The position numbers and the translations under genes were made by a program. From positions 62,001 to 107,989 of the forward strand of contig CAJNYD010000077.1 in the NCBI GenBank assembly GCA_905331295.1: a DNA stretch of 45,989 bases, in the 5' to 3' direction. Under the pieces are notes generated by a model. That model had not been told where the DNA came from. It saw nothing but the letters and a program-made list of their open reading frames with translations, and ran no database searches. Positions 22,284 to 35,335 of this stretch are shown here, one piece after another. Numbering within the stretch: position 1 is the first letter of the stretch; every line of letters begins with the position of its first letter. Source of the DNA: Rotaria socialis (taxonomy: Eukaryota).

Positions 22284-24215
22284 TATAGGCGGCGGAGCCA
22301 TTAGGCTCGCGAGGCTCAAGCCTACCCTAGGTTGAAAGTGGGTAAGCTTATAAGCCTACCCTAAGCTGGAAGTGGGTTAGATCTTGATAGACTGAAACTG
22401 GAGCAGATAAATGTTTGGATAGATTGTTATATGCAAAAATGGTTTTATTCTTGTTTAGTTTTGGGGCTTTTCTAACAAAAAACGTATTACTACAAGATCA
22501 TTTCATATTTTCTCTACGAGTAACTCGTTTGCAATGAAATATTAGTTGAACGTTTTTGGCATTAAAATTGACATCTAATTCGTAATTCTTAATTTAAGAT
22601 AGCTGAATTGTTTTTGTAACTTCTGTTTGAAATTACTTTTAAATCTTAGACACTCGAATAACATTACTTGTGAAGTGCAGAAATGCGAGTCAAACAAAGT
22701 TAGAGTATGTCTTCCTTTCAAAAGCAAGACCAGAAATAGTTTTAGTGAAAATCCGTCTTCTGTTAAAATTTAAATTAGGAATTTAGATGATACTCATAGT
22801 AAAATAGAACGTCGTTAGAATCAACAAAAACTCGACATCATCATTATTAAGTATCTATTCTGATTTTTCTGCAAACAATGAAATATAGAACATTCTTTCG
22901 TACTGAATAGTTTTTGGGGTAAATATAAACTCATGCCTAAAAATATACCAATTCATATCTAATTTTTAAATTAATTTATATTTAATTTATTAAATAGCAC
23001 TACTTAACAACACAAAGCTATATATAATTAATTATTAAAGCAATAGAAAAAAGTCCTGAGGGTACGTAGTGTGGACGTGGGTGTTCTTATTTCTCTTTAC
23101 ACCTATGCCCCACCCAAGACATTTTTTAAACGAACTTTTTTCTTATCACTTATCGTTATTCCCAGCTCATATATACTCTTTCAATTAATTTTAAAGTACT
23201 CATCAATAATGGATTACGTTCAAATTAATTAGGTAAGCTGATAAATTCATTGATAGTCATTTGTTAAAAGTGATAATATATTGAGTTAAAAGACAGAACA
23301 TTTTTTAATTCAGATATTTAATTGATTTAAAAGATGTTAAATTACGAAATTAAATTAAACAATTTTTTAAAGGTATCCTGTCACCAGAATAGATACTACT
23401 GTATTAAGTTAGGCAATATTGATATAATTTAGATATGGATTGCTATATTTTTAGATATTGCATTAAATGCATACCATAGTTGTTTCTTCTTCTTTGACTG
23501 TTCTTTTAGTGATTTTTTCCAAGCAGTCTTTCGCATTTTTTATTTACTTCTTTACTTGCTGTTGCATCTAAAAACCATATTGCGTTAGATAGTTATTCCA
23601 CTTATACAGAAGTAAAAATGAGTAGGAAAACCTAAAACGATTCCCTTTATATACAAATGAAAAGGTCACTTCTCAATTAGCTTTCATTTCTGCAAGAGTT
23701 AAAATTTATATCAAATTAAAATCGATTAAAAACTGATTAAAAGTCGATTACAATCATATAATTCTTATAAAGTTTCTATCATTTTTTAACCAGTTTTAAT
23801 CTTTGACAATTGAAAAACTAAAGTTTCATTGTATATCACGATTATTTCTGCATATAATCAAGGTAAGCTACATAAAAACATCGACTTTAATTGATTCTTC
23901 TTGGTGATAAATGCAAAAGGCTTCTTTCGATCTTTACCGATTTGCATAAATTGTCATCAATTTTTCTATGAAGTTTTAATCAATCATAATCTGTATAATG
24001 GAATGAATCAATAAAAATATCTTTCTTTCGGCTATTTTATTAAAAATCAGTTAAAAATTGATCGAAAGACGATCAAAATCGTATGCTTATAGTTGACACT
24101 TAAAGTGCTTTTAGTCGATTTCAGTGTGACTTCAACTCTATTTTTTTTAATGGTGAGACTTGATTTGTCAAAAACGTTGAGCCTACCCTAGATCGAAATC
24201 TTTCCGCCGTCTATG
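22284..24215. mobile_element. 1.9-kb non-autonomous DNA transposon (hAT- or P-type, 8-bp TSD) with nested repeats
   Basis: TIRs TATAGGCGGCGGA / TCCGCCGTCTATG. Perfect TSD GCTATAAA (22276-22283, 24216-24223). AGCCTACCCTA occurs twice at the left end and once at the right. No ORF. Confidence 0.88.
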
Positions 24216-25118
24216 GCTATAAATAATAACAATATCAAATAGTTGATGATTGTTGATTCTTTTTTCTTTTTTTTTTTATCATGAAAGAAACTGAAAACAT
24301 GAATTCGCCTATTGTGTGACAATTCGCATTGTTTACGCATGTTCTTTATTTGTTCAAATTGTGTTCATCGATTTATAACACAAATAAATTCAGCATATGG
24401 ACAATATTTTTAGGATGTATTTCACGAATTAGAGTTTCCTAACCATATATATATAATGAGCGTCAACTTTGTAGTAACACTTCTTGATGAAGTTCAACCT
24501 GTTGTCTCAAGTGAAACTATACTGCTCTCAGAAAAGTTTTGCCCTTTCAATTCTCTTGTAGTGACGCCTCTGTTACTACAGACAAGACCTTTAATTGTCT
24601 CTTTAGCATATTAATAAAATTTATTTTAATTAGTAAATAGATATACAGGATTCCAATGAATTCGAATAGAATTTTCTATTTTTCTTCAACAGTTGATTAA
24701 TATTAGATAATTGCAAGCATTTTTAAGTACTGAAAAATTTTAAAAGACTATGTTATTTCATATAATAAAGTATGTCTTGACGAGGATTATTTCATTGTAG
24801 TCTTTTAACTCTATTTGTTTTTTGCTATTGTTCACTATTAATGATGTTAACAGCATAATGCATTTTATACTTTCTAATACTTGATTGTTCCTATTGACGA
24901 TTATATGAAATTAAGTGTTTTCGTTATTGGAACGCATTTATGACATCAAGAAAAAAAATATTTATTGGATTATTTTCAAGCATGAATAGTTTCAAGTGAG
25001 TTTAAATTTTAAAAAAAGCTGAGTAAGCGCAGTACTATGAAGACCGATGATTATCAATATACAACTCGTCAAAGCATTTGTCTTGGTAATGATTCTATTG
25101 TAATTGAATATTTATTTA

Positions 25119-28100
25119 TTAATGATTCTTTATTCCAAGTCTTCTACCTGTCACAATAGATTGTTGATCGTCGCCTTCAATAATATTTTCATTTATTGAA
25201 TCATCATGTTCATTTGTTATTGATTGAAATTTAAAATCTTCTATTTTTAACCGTTTGGATTTTAGAAAAAGAAACGAGGAAAATGCAGCTAATGCAACGC
25301 CAAATGGTGATATTATCCATGCCAATTTATATGATGCTGTCGACATAAATGACCAAAATAGGACAAATACAACTGTATAGATAAATATAAGATAAACCGT
25401 GTATATTCGAAATGCACGATGACAATTAGATTCAGTAAGATGTATACTTGATTGAAGCTGAACATAACGATAATAACACGATGAACATAAACATGATGTC
25501 AATGGAAATAAAAATAAAAGTAACTAGAAAGCGAAAATAAATGGAAATAGAATCTTCATTTTCTATTTGTCAAATGTATTACTTGAATAGTTCCCATAAA
25601 TGTTTGCATATCAGGTGGAAGATACATTCCTCGCATAATCGTGCCCCAAAGGAAAACAGCACCAATATGACCATCTGTTAGATAACCGATATACCATGGA
25701 CCTTATATGAGAATAAAAATCAAAAATTTATATTTTTGACAGAAATATCTATACCAATAAAATGATACAATGCTAAGCCAATTAATGAATAATAAAATAA
25801 ATCGATAGAACATAAGAGCATCATTCGTAAGCGAACTTTATTCCATAATGTAAAACAAACACCACAACACGCTAAAAGAACATTTGTTAATCAAATATTT
25901 ATCGATGGTACCGAATCAACTATTTAATTACGATAATAATTTATCGTTGAAAAAATTTCTACATACGACTGTTTTAATATTATTCTGTATTATTGCTAGC
26001 GAAAGAACTGTACGTTAAGTTTTAGAAATCTCAGTTTTTACTAGTTATATATTTCTGTTGAATAGATCATTTATTGTATACAAATTTTTCGTTATGCTAT
26101 TCTTATAGAATTTGTTCTGGTAATATTTACTCAGCGATTTGGCTCTTCTGTAAACTAAATAAATTCTCTATATCATAATTTAATAAGAGATATATTTTCC
26201 TTTATTATTTCTATCACTATCCTATAACTAATTATATTGATCACCTCTAAATAATCGTTTTGGTTCAGCATTGTATTTATTTTCAACCGATTCTCTCTAT
26301 AATAGATTTATATTTTAATCACTTGACATTCTAGAACTTGTCTAGTTGTTCAACTTAAAATTTGTCCTAAAATATCTAGTGTTTGTTTTTGCCAAATGAT
26401 TAATTTCTGGAAATTTACATAGATGTTGTTTTTACTTTCTTAGTTTTGTCTTACTTACATTGTGTAGCTACAAATAATTAAATATTTTTCTGATTAGAAT
26501 TCAATAATTCTCAGCTACTTACGTATCATTCGTTTTGCTCGGAATCGAAAAAACATCAAAACAATAATATAGACACATAAAGCTCCACTTATAGAAATTA
26601 TACCCTAAAACAATTAAAATTTTCTTTTTGCCAGCAAATTATTTTTTTCATAGTTACAAAAGTTGGCCAATGAATAGACAAAATAAACTTTGATAGAGTC
26701 CATGCTATTACTGTTGTAGTACTAAGAGAGAATTCATTTTCAGTTTTCATTTTATTGTTTTGATTATCTTTGATTTCAACTGATAGTTTATGATGATAAC
26801 CATCATGATAATAACTTGCATTCCATTGTAAAACATACAAGTTTTGATTATCAATTGATTGTATGGCGTTACCCAAAAATTTTGAATCAATCGACACCTT
26901 TACATCAATAATTGGCCATTGGGAAAAAATAACGATTCTTTAACCAACAAAAATTTTATCTTAGAAATCCAAAAATAGAATTTCAAATTACCGAATATGT
27001 GTACTTTGACTTAGACGATAGAGTGGTTCTCTCGATGTTTTAAATTTAGCTGCTTTTGGATTTGATATCACAGTATAAATTGGTTGATCAAAATGAAAAT
27101 CTTCAAATGATAATAGGCCTGAATCGATTGTTATTATACGAAATCTGTATGTAAAAAGAAATTTACATTTCATTAGAATAATAAGACAAAAATCCTATAG
27201 ATATTGATATCAAAAAGACTAAAATTTATCTTTTTAACAAGCTCTATAGTGAAAATAAAGCAACAATCAAACTTAATACTGTGCATAACCAATATCTACT
27301 AATGTTAAATTAATTATTTAATCGTCACTTAGAACGATACAACTTTCGTTGTCAAGTTTATTCTGTTTCATAATTTAGCTATTCTAATGCTCTACTATTT
27401 TTAAATACGATTCAAATATTTGTCAGAAATATAGATGCTAGTATATTTTAATATATATTCTTATTTTTTTTACCGTCGATGATCTTTCCAATCTGCTAAT
27501 TCTAGTTCAAGTAATCCATCAGAATGTTGAGCATATAGATATTTAATACTCGTATGAAGATGTCCATTTAAATAAGCAATTCCATGATGCATTAATTCCA
27601 TAAGTCCTTTTGAATAGGTAAATGATAAGGGATAATGACCAAAAAATATTGTTGTATTTGAATTTTGAGTTTGTTCAGATAAATTTTTTATATTTATCAT
27701 TTCTTCCTAAAAAAGAGAAAAAACAGAACGAAGGCAATCTCAATAATCAAAAACAAAAGTAATAATTTCTTTTTTAAAATACTTCTGAGATATGACCAAG
27801 AAAATTGAATGGACGACCAGCACCTGGTCGTGGACACAAATCAATACCAACAAATGAATACGTATCATTATCATTTGTTGTTAATGTATATTGATATGAA
27901 CCTTTGTGTGAAGCTCCTTGATGTGAATAAATACTGCAAAAGAAAAGTATCGTTTTAATAAACTATCAAAAACCAAGATCTCTTGATACAATACCGATAA
28001 AGACTTTTACTTGACTGGGGATCTGGATCCATAAATACATCTATTAATTGGCAGAAGAAGAAAATTTCTGAATAATTTTTAAAATAAAAAATAATCTTAC

Positions 28101-28642
28101 CATGATTTCCTCTCATATCAAGCCATGCTGTATGTTGTGTTACATTAGTTCGATTTAAAATATTTCTATACATAATCCATTCTTGTTCATATTGATTAGA
28201 TGAAAAGCCAGGATCACGATTGTGTGTTAAATCACCTATATAATTTCGAAGATTGATTCTTATTATTATTTATCTCATTAATATAATTAATCTCTATTTT
28301 GTTATTAATAATTACCTGATATCACAGTAACTTGCGGCTTGATTAAAGATTTAATGATTTGATTGCAAAATTGTTCAAATTGTTCCAGTCGATCAGCATG
28401 ACCGAAGTGAGTTGCATGTATATCTGTGACCTAATACAGCACAAAATATTTTCAGCGTTTTATTTCTACAAAGGTTATAAGATATAAATAATGTAAAAAC
28501 TGATAATAATTACGTGTACAAAATGAAATAAATGTTTTCCTGTACTGCCAAGATGTTCATCGGATATTCTCTGCTCCAATAGATAAGTTTGTTGAATGTA
28601 AAGAAATAAAATAAATAGAAAATAATCAAATGAAAATTTCAT
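25119..28642 (-). CDS. TMEM62: Transmembrane protein 62 (metallophosphoesterase domain + C-terminal TM region), ~12 exons
   Basis: Signal-like N-terminus MKFSFDYFLFILFLY. Calcineurin-like motifs TDIH, SGDLT, RGNHD, FGHYP, NGHLH, plus LELELADWK, ISNPK and GPWYIG typical of TMEM62. Exons splice in frame to the stop at 25119. Confidence 0.92.
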
Positions 28643-29184
28643 TTGGAATGATTGAAATCTAGAAGAAAAAATAACAAAAGGTTTTCTTCGTATTAACACC
28701 ATTTTTAAATTTATCTCAAATGAAATTCATCTTTTCATATCCGTCTCATTTTCATATAAAAAAATTTAATTTAATTTTCTATTTAATTTGTTTCAATAAT
28801 TTCTTCTCCAAAGAGATCTTATGATAAATACATAGCTTTTAAATGCTCATAAAATAATTTCATATTTTGTTTGCACATTGTATTCTGTCGTCACTCATAC
28901 TTGTCGAAGAAGAGACACAAAAAAAGCATCGGATAATTATTTATTTAATATTTCTCTAATAATAAATTTAACAAAAGAGCTGGACCAGTCTCGCAGTATT
29001 TCTGTTTTATATTATTAGTGGGATGACTTATTGCTTTAAACGTTTCTGTTTTTTTTGATGTACAAAGAAAATATTAATTGCAGAAAAAGAATTGTTTCAT
29101 TGACATATCGGTTCGTCATTGGCTTACATCTATTTCTTTTTTCTTTCTCCCTTCTCCCAAAATATTTCCTTGAACAGAGAAAAT

Positions 29185-29541
29185 ATGAAGTCAAAACTAC
29201 TCCAATTCTACGCAATCTTAACTATCATGACATTGATGTTTCGTGTTGCAATGATGTTTGGTTCAATGTTCATATTCATTTCACTTCTCACTTTTCTTTT
29301 ACATACAGTTAATTCAAGCAATGCTGTTTATCTTCAAGAACCTTATTATAATGAATTAGTAGGTCTGGAAAATGATGAAAATCCATCTATTGTTATTAAG
29401 AGAGATGATGACGATAATGATTATTTTTTAAAACGTATCATATATCCAGATTTTCATTCCAGTCCGTTACAATCATCGCGTCGAGCACGTGTGAATCGTT
29501 TGTATGGAAAACCATTATGGATTTCACGACATGGACGATAG
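29185..29541 (+). CDS. Neuropeptide/prohormone-like precursor, single coding exon (start 29185 or 29251)
   Basis: Hydrophobic signal (MMFGSMFIFISLLTFLLHTVNS), two KR sites flanking an acidic spacer, an RR site, and C-terminal ARVNRLYGKPLWISRH-G-R-stop (amidation signal). AATAAA near 29647. Confidence 0.75.
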   Translation: MKSKLLQFYAILTIMTLMFRVAMMFGSMFIFISLLTFLLHTVNSSNAVYLQEPYYNELVGLENDENPSIVIKRDDDDNDYFLKRIIYPDFHSSPLQSSRRARVNRLYGKPLWISRHGR

Positions 29542-29762
29542 TTTGAAATTATACTATGGTCTTGCTTTATTTTATTTAAAATATTTTATCGATCATTTCT
29601 GTCTGTCTCTTTTTTTTGCAATTGGATTCTATCTTTATAGATAAAAAATAAACAAGAGAATGATAGAATACAATGAATACAAATAGGAATTTATTTAAAA
29701 GATTTTAACTACTCAATACTTTCTACATTACAACTCCAAGTCGATATATTAAAACAAAACAA

Positions 29763-29800
29763 ATCTAAATCTATCTATCTATCTATATATATATATATAT
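29763..29800. repeat. (ATCT)n/(AT)n compound microsatellite
   Basis: ATCTAAATCTATCTATCTATCTATATATATATATATAT. Confidence 0.7.
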
Positions 29801-32800
29801 CATTAATATAGACTTTTTCTGCAGAAATTACTTCTACATGATATACACCAGCCAATGTGCTTGTGTATATAGAATCACCTGTAACATACACAAGCATGAA
29901 TAAGAACAGTGCATATTTTGTAGACATACGTTACGAAAAATAGTCAGTAAATGTCCTATTTCTTTAACATCGATTTAAATCGAAATTGAAAAAGGATGTG
30001 AATTAATTTCTATGGTTATATTTATTATAGAAATATAAAATTCACTCGTATATACATATACTCTTGAAATATAAATAAAAGTCTAATTTAAAACAATTTA
30101 GTTCTGTGCAAAAATACATACGACTAAGATACGCTTGAGTAAATAGTTGATGGCGCTTTAGCAACTGCATTTTATCATTGCTCCATGAATAAAACCAGTG
30201 ATAAAGTGTATTTTTTAATAACTGTCATTCGTTTACTACTTATTTGTATAGATTTAGAGAATTTTTAATCATTAAAAAGATACTTAAAAAATTGAATAGG
30301 TAATTTGAGAATACTCGATATATACCGACATCTGTCATTATTATGTATATAATAGAACTCTCTTAAAGTTCTCAGATCGTCATTTTGATTCTTTTTTTTA
30401 TCAGCGAAGTTACTGCTCGGATCGGATCATTATTCAACTGACAGAAACACTATAATTAACTAGCAAATGGAAACTATTTTGATCTATCATAAAACACACA
30501 AAGTGTTTCAAATAAGCTAGTAATAATGATCTTTTGACTACTGTTTTTGCTATTCACTATTATATAGATTAAAGAAATTCGAATCTCCTAAGGAAAATGT
30601 GAGATGTAACATTATTATCGTTGTCAGAATCTCTAACGTTGCTTACTAATAACAATATTATTTCTATAGAAGAAAACAGGTACTCAATTATTTATTAGTC
30701 AAGGAAAATCTTTCTTATGTAGTATATTAGCTATTTAATTAAACATAAATATAATATTTTATAGAAAGAGGACTCAGATATCTAACCTAATTAAAATTTG
30801 ACTCAAAAGAAATCAATGGGTCTGCTGGATACTCAAGTTGATGATACTATTTGTTAATGTTTAAGATATGATTTTCGGAAGAGCTAAAAACATGAATAAT
30901 ATACTTCGGAATCTTTCATGTAAATTGTTTTTATTATTCAGAGAATGTTAGTAATTACAAGTAATATGTTTGTGAAATGGAAGTTATGTAGTAGCACATT
31001 ATATGATCATATTCCTATGGTAGTCTCGACTAAAGTATTTTTACCAAATCGAAAACTTGATGTCTACGTCGGCAATTGAATTGACGCAGTTTACAACATT
31101 TCGTTTCATCAAAACATTCCTAAATTGTGATAATTAGCTGACACGATGAAGACATTCTTTCAAAGAAATGAATGTACTTGATTCATCATAGACATTGACC
31201 ATTCAAAATACTTTCATGATTTTGTTTTTTAAACTATTAATTCAAACTATTCTATCTTGTGTTGAAAGTATTGATCACGTTAATTCTAATTCTATATTTT
31301 ATAACAATAAGAGATAACATCAACGATGAACTAAGCCATGAACATTAGTCAAATTTGTGAAAGCCTTCAACAAACTACCTGTACTCAATTTTTACACACA
31401 TGCCAATAGGGAAGAAAAATATTAATGAATATAGATTTGCAACAAAAACATATTATGCAATCTTTTCATCGATCGATTCAATAACGCAAATATCTCCCTC
31501 TCTTCGCTCTTGCATGTTCAATTAGACATTTTTCATGATACAAAAGGAAAATCTACGTTTGTCCTAGACAGGCTATAGCGAATTAATAAAACTGCATAGC
31601 TAAAGTAATTTTCTCTAGCAATGGAAATTATCATATTTGTATTTGTTTTCTTTCTTATGCTATAACAACTGTAGATCTATGTAATGGAAATACTATTCGT
31701 AATCATAATAATGGAATTCGTAAGTGGAAATTTTTAATGGCATAGGCAAACTATTCCTATTTCAGCTTTCATCTAGTAGGAAAAAACTCTCGTTTTAACT
31801 CATCTCAATATTTATTATTTATGACATCAAACAAACTTGATAGTGAACACTAGTTTTTCGTGAGTATAGCATTGATACCGACTACAGAAAAACAAATCTT
31901 CAAAGGTAAACTTTAAAACAAACTGTACACGAAACAGACTTCATGCATCGCAAAAGAATAGTGTCGATTAATTGTCACATACTATTTAAACTGATTCAGT
32001 TAAAGAAAAGTCAATAAATATATATGAAAATACAGAACTGATCTAGGTCCTGTTTCAACTTCACTTTAACTCAAACGAAGAAAAAGCTTCAACTTCGAGT
32101 TGCAATTCCTCATCTCTGCTGAAATAATCCTTGAGCAAACATCTGATGCAGGACAAAAAGAATCTATTCATCATAGACTCAGAATGGCCAAGTATAGTTA
32201 TGAAAATTATGCAAAAAAAGACAATTGTAGGGTATAAAATATTCGATACTAATACGCAGAAACTTTTCTTATGAACTATCTGGAAGTAATTATTTACTAC
32301 AAGAAAATCATCTAGGTGTATACTCATATAATTTATCTTTTCAATTGGTTTAGCTCATGGGAAAATGATTCAACGATTAAAATCATTTTGGTGTCATAGG
32401 TAATCACTAACTCGACAAAATAATCTTTAAGAAAAGTATTCTCACTGAAATAAATCCTAAAATGATATGACTAAAAGCTTGTAACATCATGAATCGTTTG
32501 ATTAAGAAAAAGTTCATTGGGGGTATTTCTAGTCATTTGAATGACTCATAATAAGTTTTTTCCTCTTGTCTCAAATGCTAACTAGTATCTGTAAAAATAC
32601 TATGGATACTTAGACTATTAATTGTTTTGAAGTTGAGCGAGAGAATGGTTTTCAATCTTTGTTATATTTATTATATGTCTGAAAATGCAGTGTTTGACAG
32701 AGTGTGTACCAATTTAAAACGAAAAATCAATATCTCAATATTCAACCAGCGTACACATGGTGAAAGATATTTCGTTGAATAATTTAAAAAAAATGTTGTC

Positions 32801-32942
32801 AAATTGAAAATATTACTGTATATTATTATGAATTTTTTCTGTTAATTCTTGAGAAAAATATGAATGACAAAAATAAATAGTTTATTTATTTTCTTATATA
32901 GAAAATAAGAAATGAACAAATAGATATTGTCACAGGTGATAT

Positions 32943-34652
32943 TCAATTCGAATTAATATTAATCTTTAAGTCATCAAGATTTGTAATATATTTTGGTGGC
33001 TGTTGAAACTGTTTTCTATCCTCATCATCTGTATTGGCTTGAAAACGCATTGCGTTAACAAAGCTTGTTTCCATCGGTACATAGATTCGATGACCAATAG
33101 GACGAATAAATGACACTCCATTTGATAGTAGATCATCTCCTCTCATGCCACCAGTCGTTAATGTAGCTAAACATGGATGTTGAAGTTGAAGTTCACGTTC
33201 TCTAGAATATTTAATTTTTACTTATCAAAACAGAAATGATGAATTCAATAAAGAAAACCTTGAAACTCGTTTCGATAAACGATAAGTCAAAAATGTACGA
33301 ATAGCAAATAAAATAAGGAATAAAATAATTAAAAGAACTGCTATTGTCGAAATAATCACTACGAAAAGACCAATAGCACTAACTGAAAAAGAACATATAT
33401 GTATATAAATAAATAGATTAAAAATTGTATTTAAAAATGTATATTTTCTATTTACTTTTTTGACATTGTTTTCCTGAGTGAAAAAAATCACAATCACATT
33501 TATAATCTCCTGGTAGATTTGTACAGGAATGTGCGCCACAAATTGCATCATTACTCACACATTCATTAATGTCCAATTCACACATAAGACCTCCAAAACC
33601 TGATAAACATTCGCATTTACTTGTCAAATTTGAACAATAACCTTGGACAAAAAATAAAAGACAGGAAATTCAATCGTCCTTTGTTCTCCGTACAAATATT
33701 CATAAAGTCAACTAACCTCCATTGAAACATTCATAACGACTATCGCATTGGCCATTATATGGAATTTCTAAAAGTAAATGACACTTAAAATATACCTTAA
33801 TTAAGAATAATGCTTAATGTTCTTTTGTCAGGTGTGCGGAAGAGGCAAAAAAGAAATTAAAGAAAAAAATTTCATTACGTAACACATAAATATATTACCT
33901 TGAAGAATACAACGACCTGTTGAAGACGACCGAGCAAATCCCGGAAGACATACACAGCTGATGCCACTTGCATTCGATAGCCGTATGCATACTGTTCGAC
34001 TATCACATCTTGCACAATCTAGGTCGTGGCTAACATCAATTACTAAAAAGAAATAAAAGCTTTTTCTTTTAATTTATTTAATTGAAATAGAGAATCTTTT
34101 TTCTTTTCTTTTATATCAACAGACATCTTATCCATGAGACACTTGAATGAGATGATGTGATTGACACCCAACATCTCAATCGTCTATCGAAGTGTGTATG
34201 TGTGTGTATGTTTATAGCATAAGAATTCATTCTCACATTCGTTTGCAATTATAAAGTGTGCACTGATAAATGCCCTCTCTTTCTTATTCCACCATTTCTT
34301 GTTCAAACATACGATGGTGACCGACTTATTTTTTTCCTGGTACCTACCTGTCAGTACCAATAGAACGAAAAGCAAAATGAGCCTAGTATTATCATATATA
34401 TATATAATTTACAAAAAAACGCAAACAAGAAAGTCAAGTTGATTTTTCGAAGAAACACTGATTATAAAATATTTCAATTCAATATGAAGATTAACGTTTC
34501 CAGTAAATATTTTAATCATAATCGAGAACAATGCTAACTAGATGTTAGAACTAATTTAATTATTTTAGTTTACCTTGCACTTGAGTTTGTCCATTGACCA
34601 TTAAAAAATAAATGAGACGTAGATGAAGAAGAAGAAAAATGAACGTCGACAT
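32943..34652 (-). CDS. 280-aa type-I membrane protein: signal peptide, 3 EGF-like repeats (last is calcium-binding type), TM helix, cytoplasmic tail
   Basis: Exons 34652-34574, 34042-33899, 33767-33717, 33641-33456, 33382-33259 and 33201-32943 total 843 nt in frame. Sequence includes MSTFIFLLLHLRLIYFLMVNG, CVCLPGF, CFNGGYC..CECLSGFGGLMCE, DINEC..CTNLPGDYKCDC and TM AIGLFVVIISTIAVLLIILFLILFAI. Confidence 0.88.
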
Positions 34653-35335
34653 AACTAATAGATTAGCTGGCAAATGTTCAAATACATACCGAGAATAAGT
34701 ATGATTGTTTTAGAATGAGCTCGTGTGAAAAAGTAGTCCTTCTCCTCCTTCTTCTTCTTTTTCTTCTCTATGTCCCTCTCGCTTTGCTTCTCTTGCGCAA
34801 TGGTACCAAAAGAAAAATCTTCTCACATCTTTTCTCTCCTTCTTTTACTTCTCTTCATTGATCAAACACATGAATAAAAAAAAAAGAAAAGACTATATAT
34901 AATAGTTCGCTTCTCTCCTTGAAACTAGTAATTCGAAGTCATGCTTCGGTCCGCACAGTTTATCCATTGATATTTCTTCGGTAGATTTTTATGAGAAAAT
35001 AGTTGTTTTCTTCTCGATGACACCAGTTTATATTTCTTTCATCAAATCAAACAGCAAGCATAATAACAAAAACAAGAGAAAAAACAAAAAGAAAAACATG
35101 GAGAAACTGATGAGATATTTAAGGGTAATATATGTATTGTTTATAAAACACAAATACAGTTTCGAAGAAAAAAACCCATATTGGATTAAACAAATTCTCT
35201 TTTCGAAAGCATTTCATATGATTATACAGATACTGAGAAGAAATATGTCATCTTTTCTAAGTTATGTATGTTTCATTACAGAAAAGAAAACCAAAATAAT
35301 GATTATTAGAATTGTTTTTCTCTCATAATAATACT

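Noticed and set aside
34340..34382. Hydrophobic LILLFVLLVLT segment with a donor site as first exon of the EGF gene
   Set aside because: No in-frame ATG, and its acceptor phase is incompatible with exon 34652-34574, which already gives a good signal peptide in the right phase.
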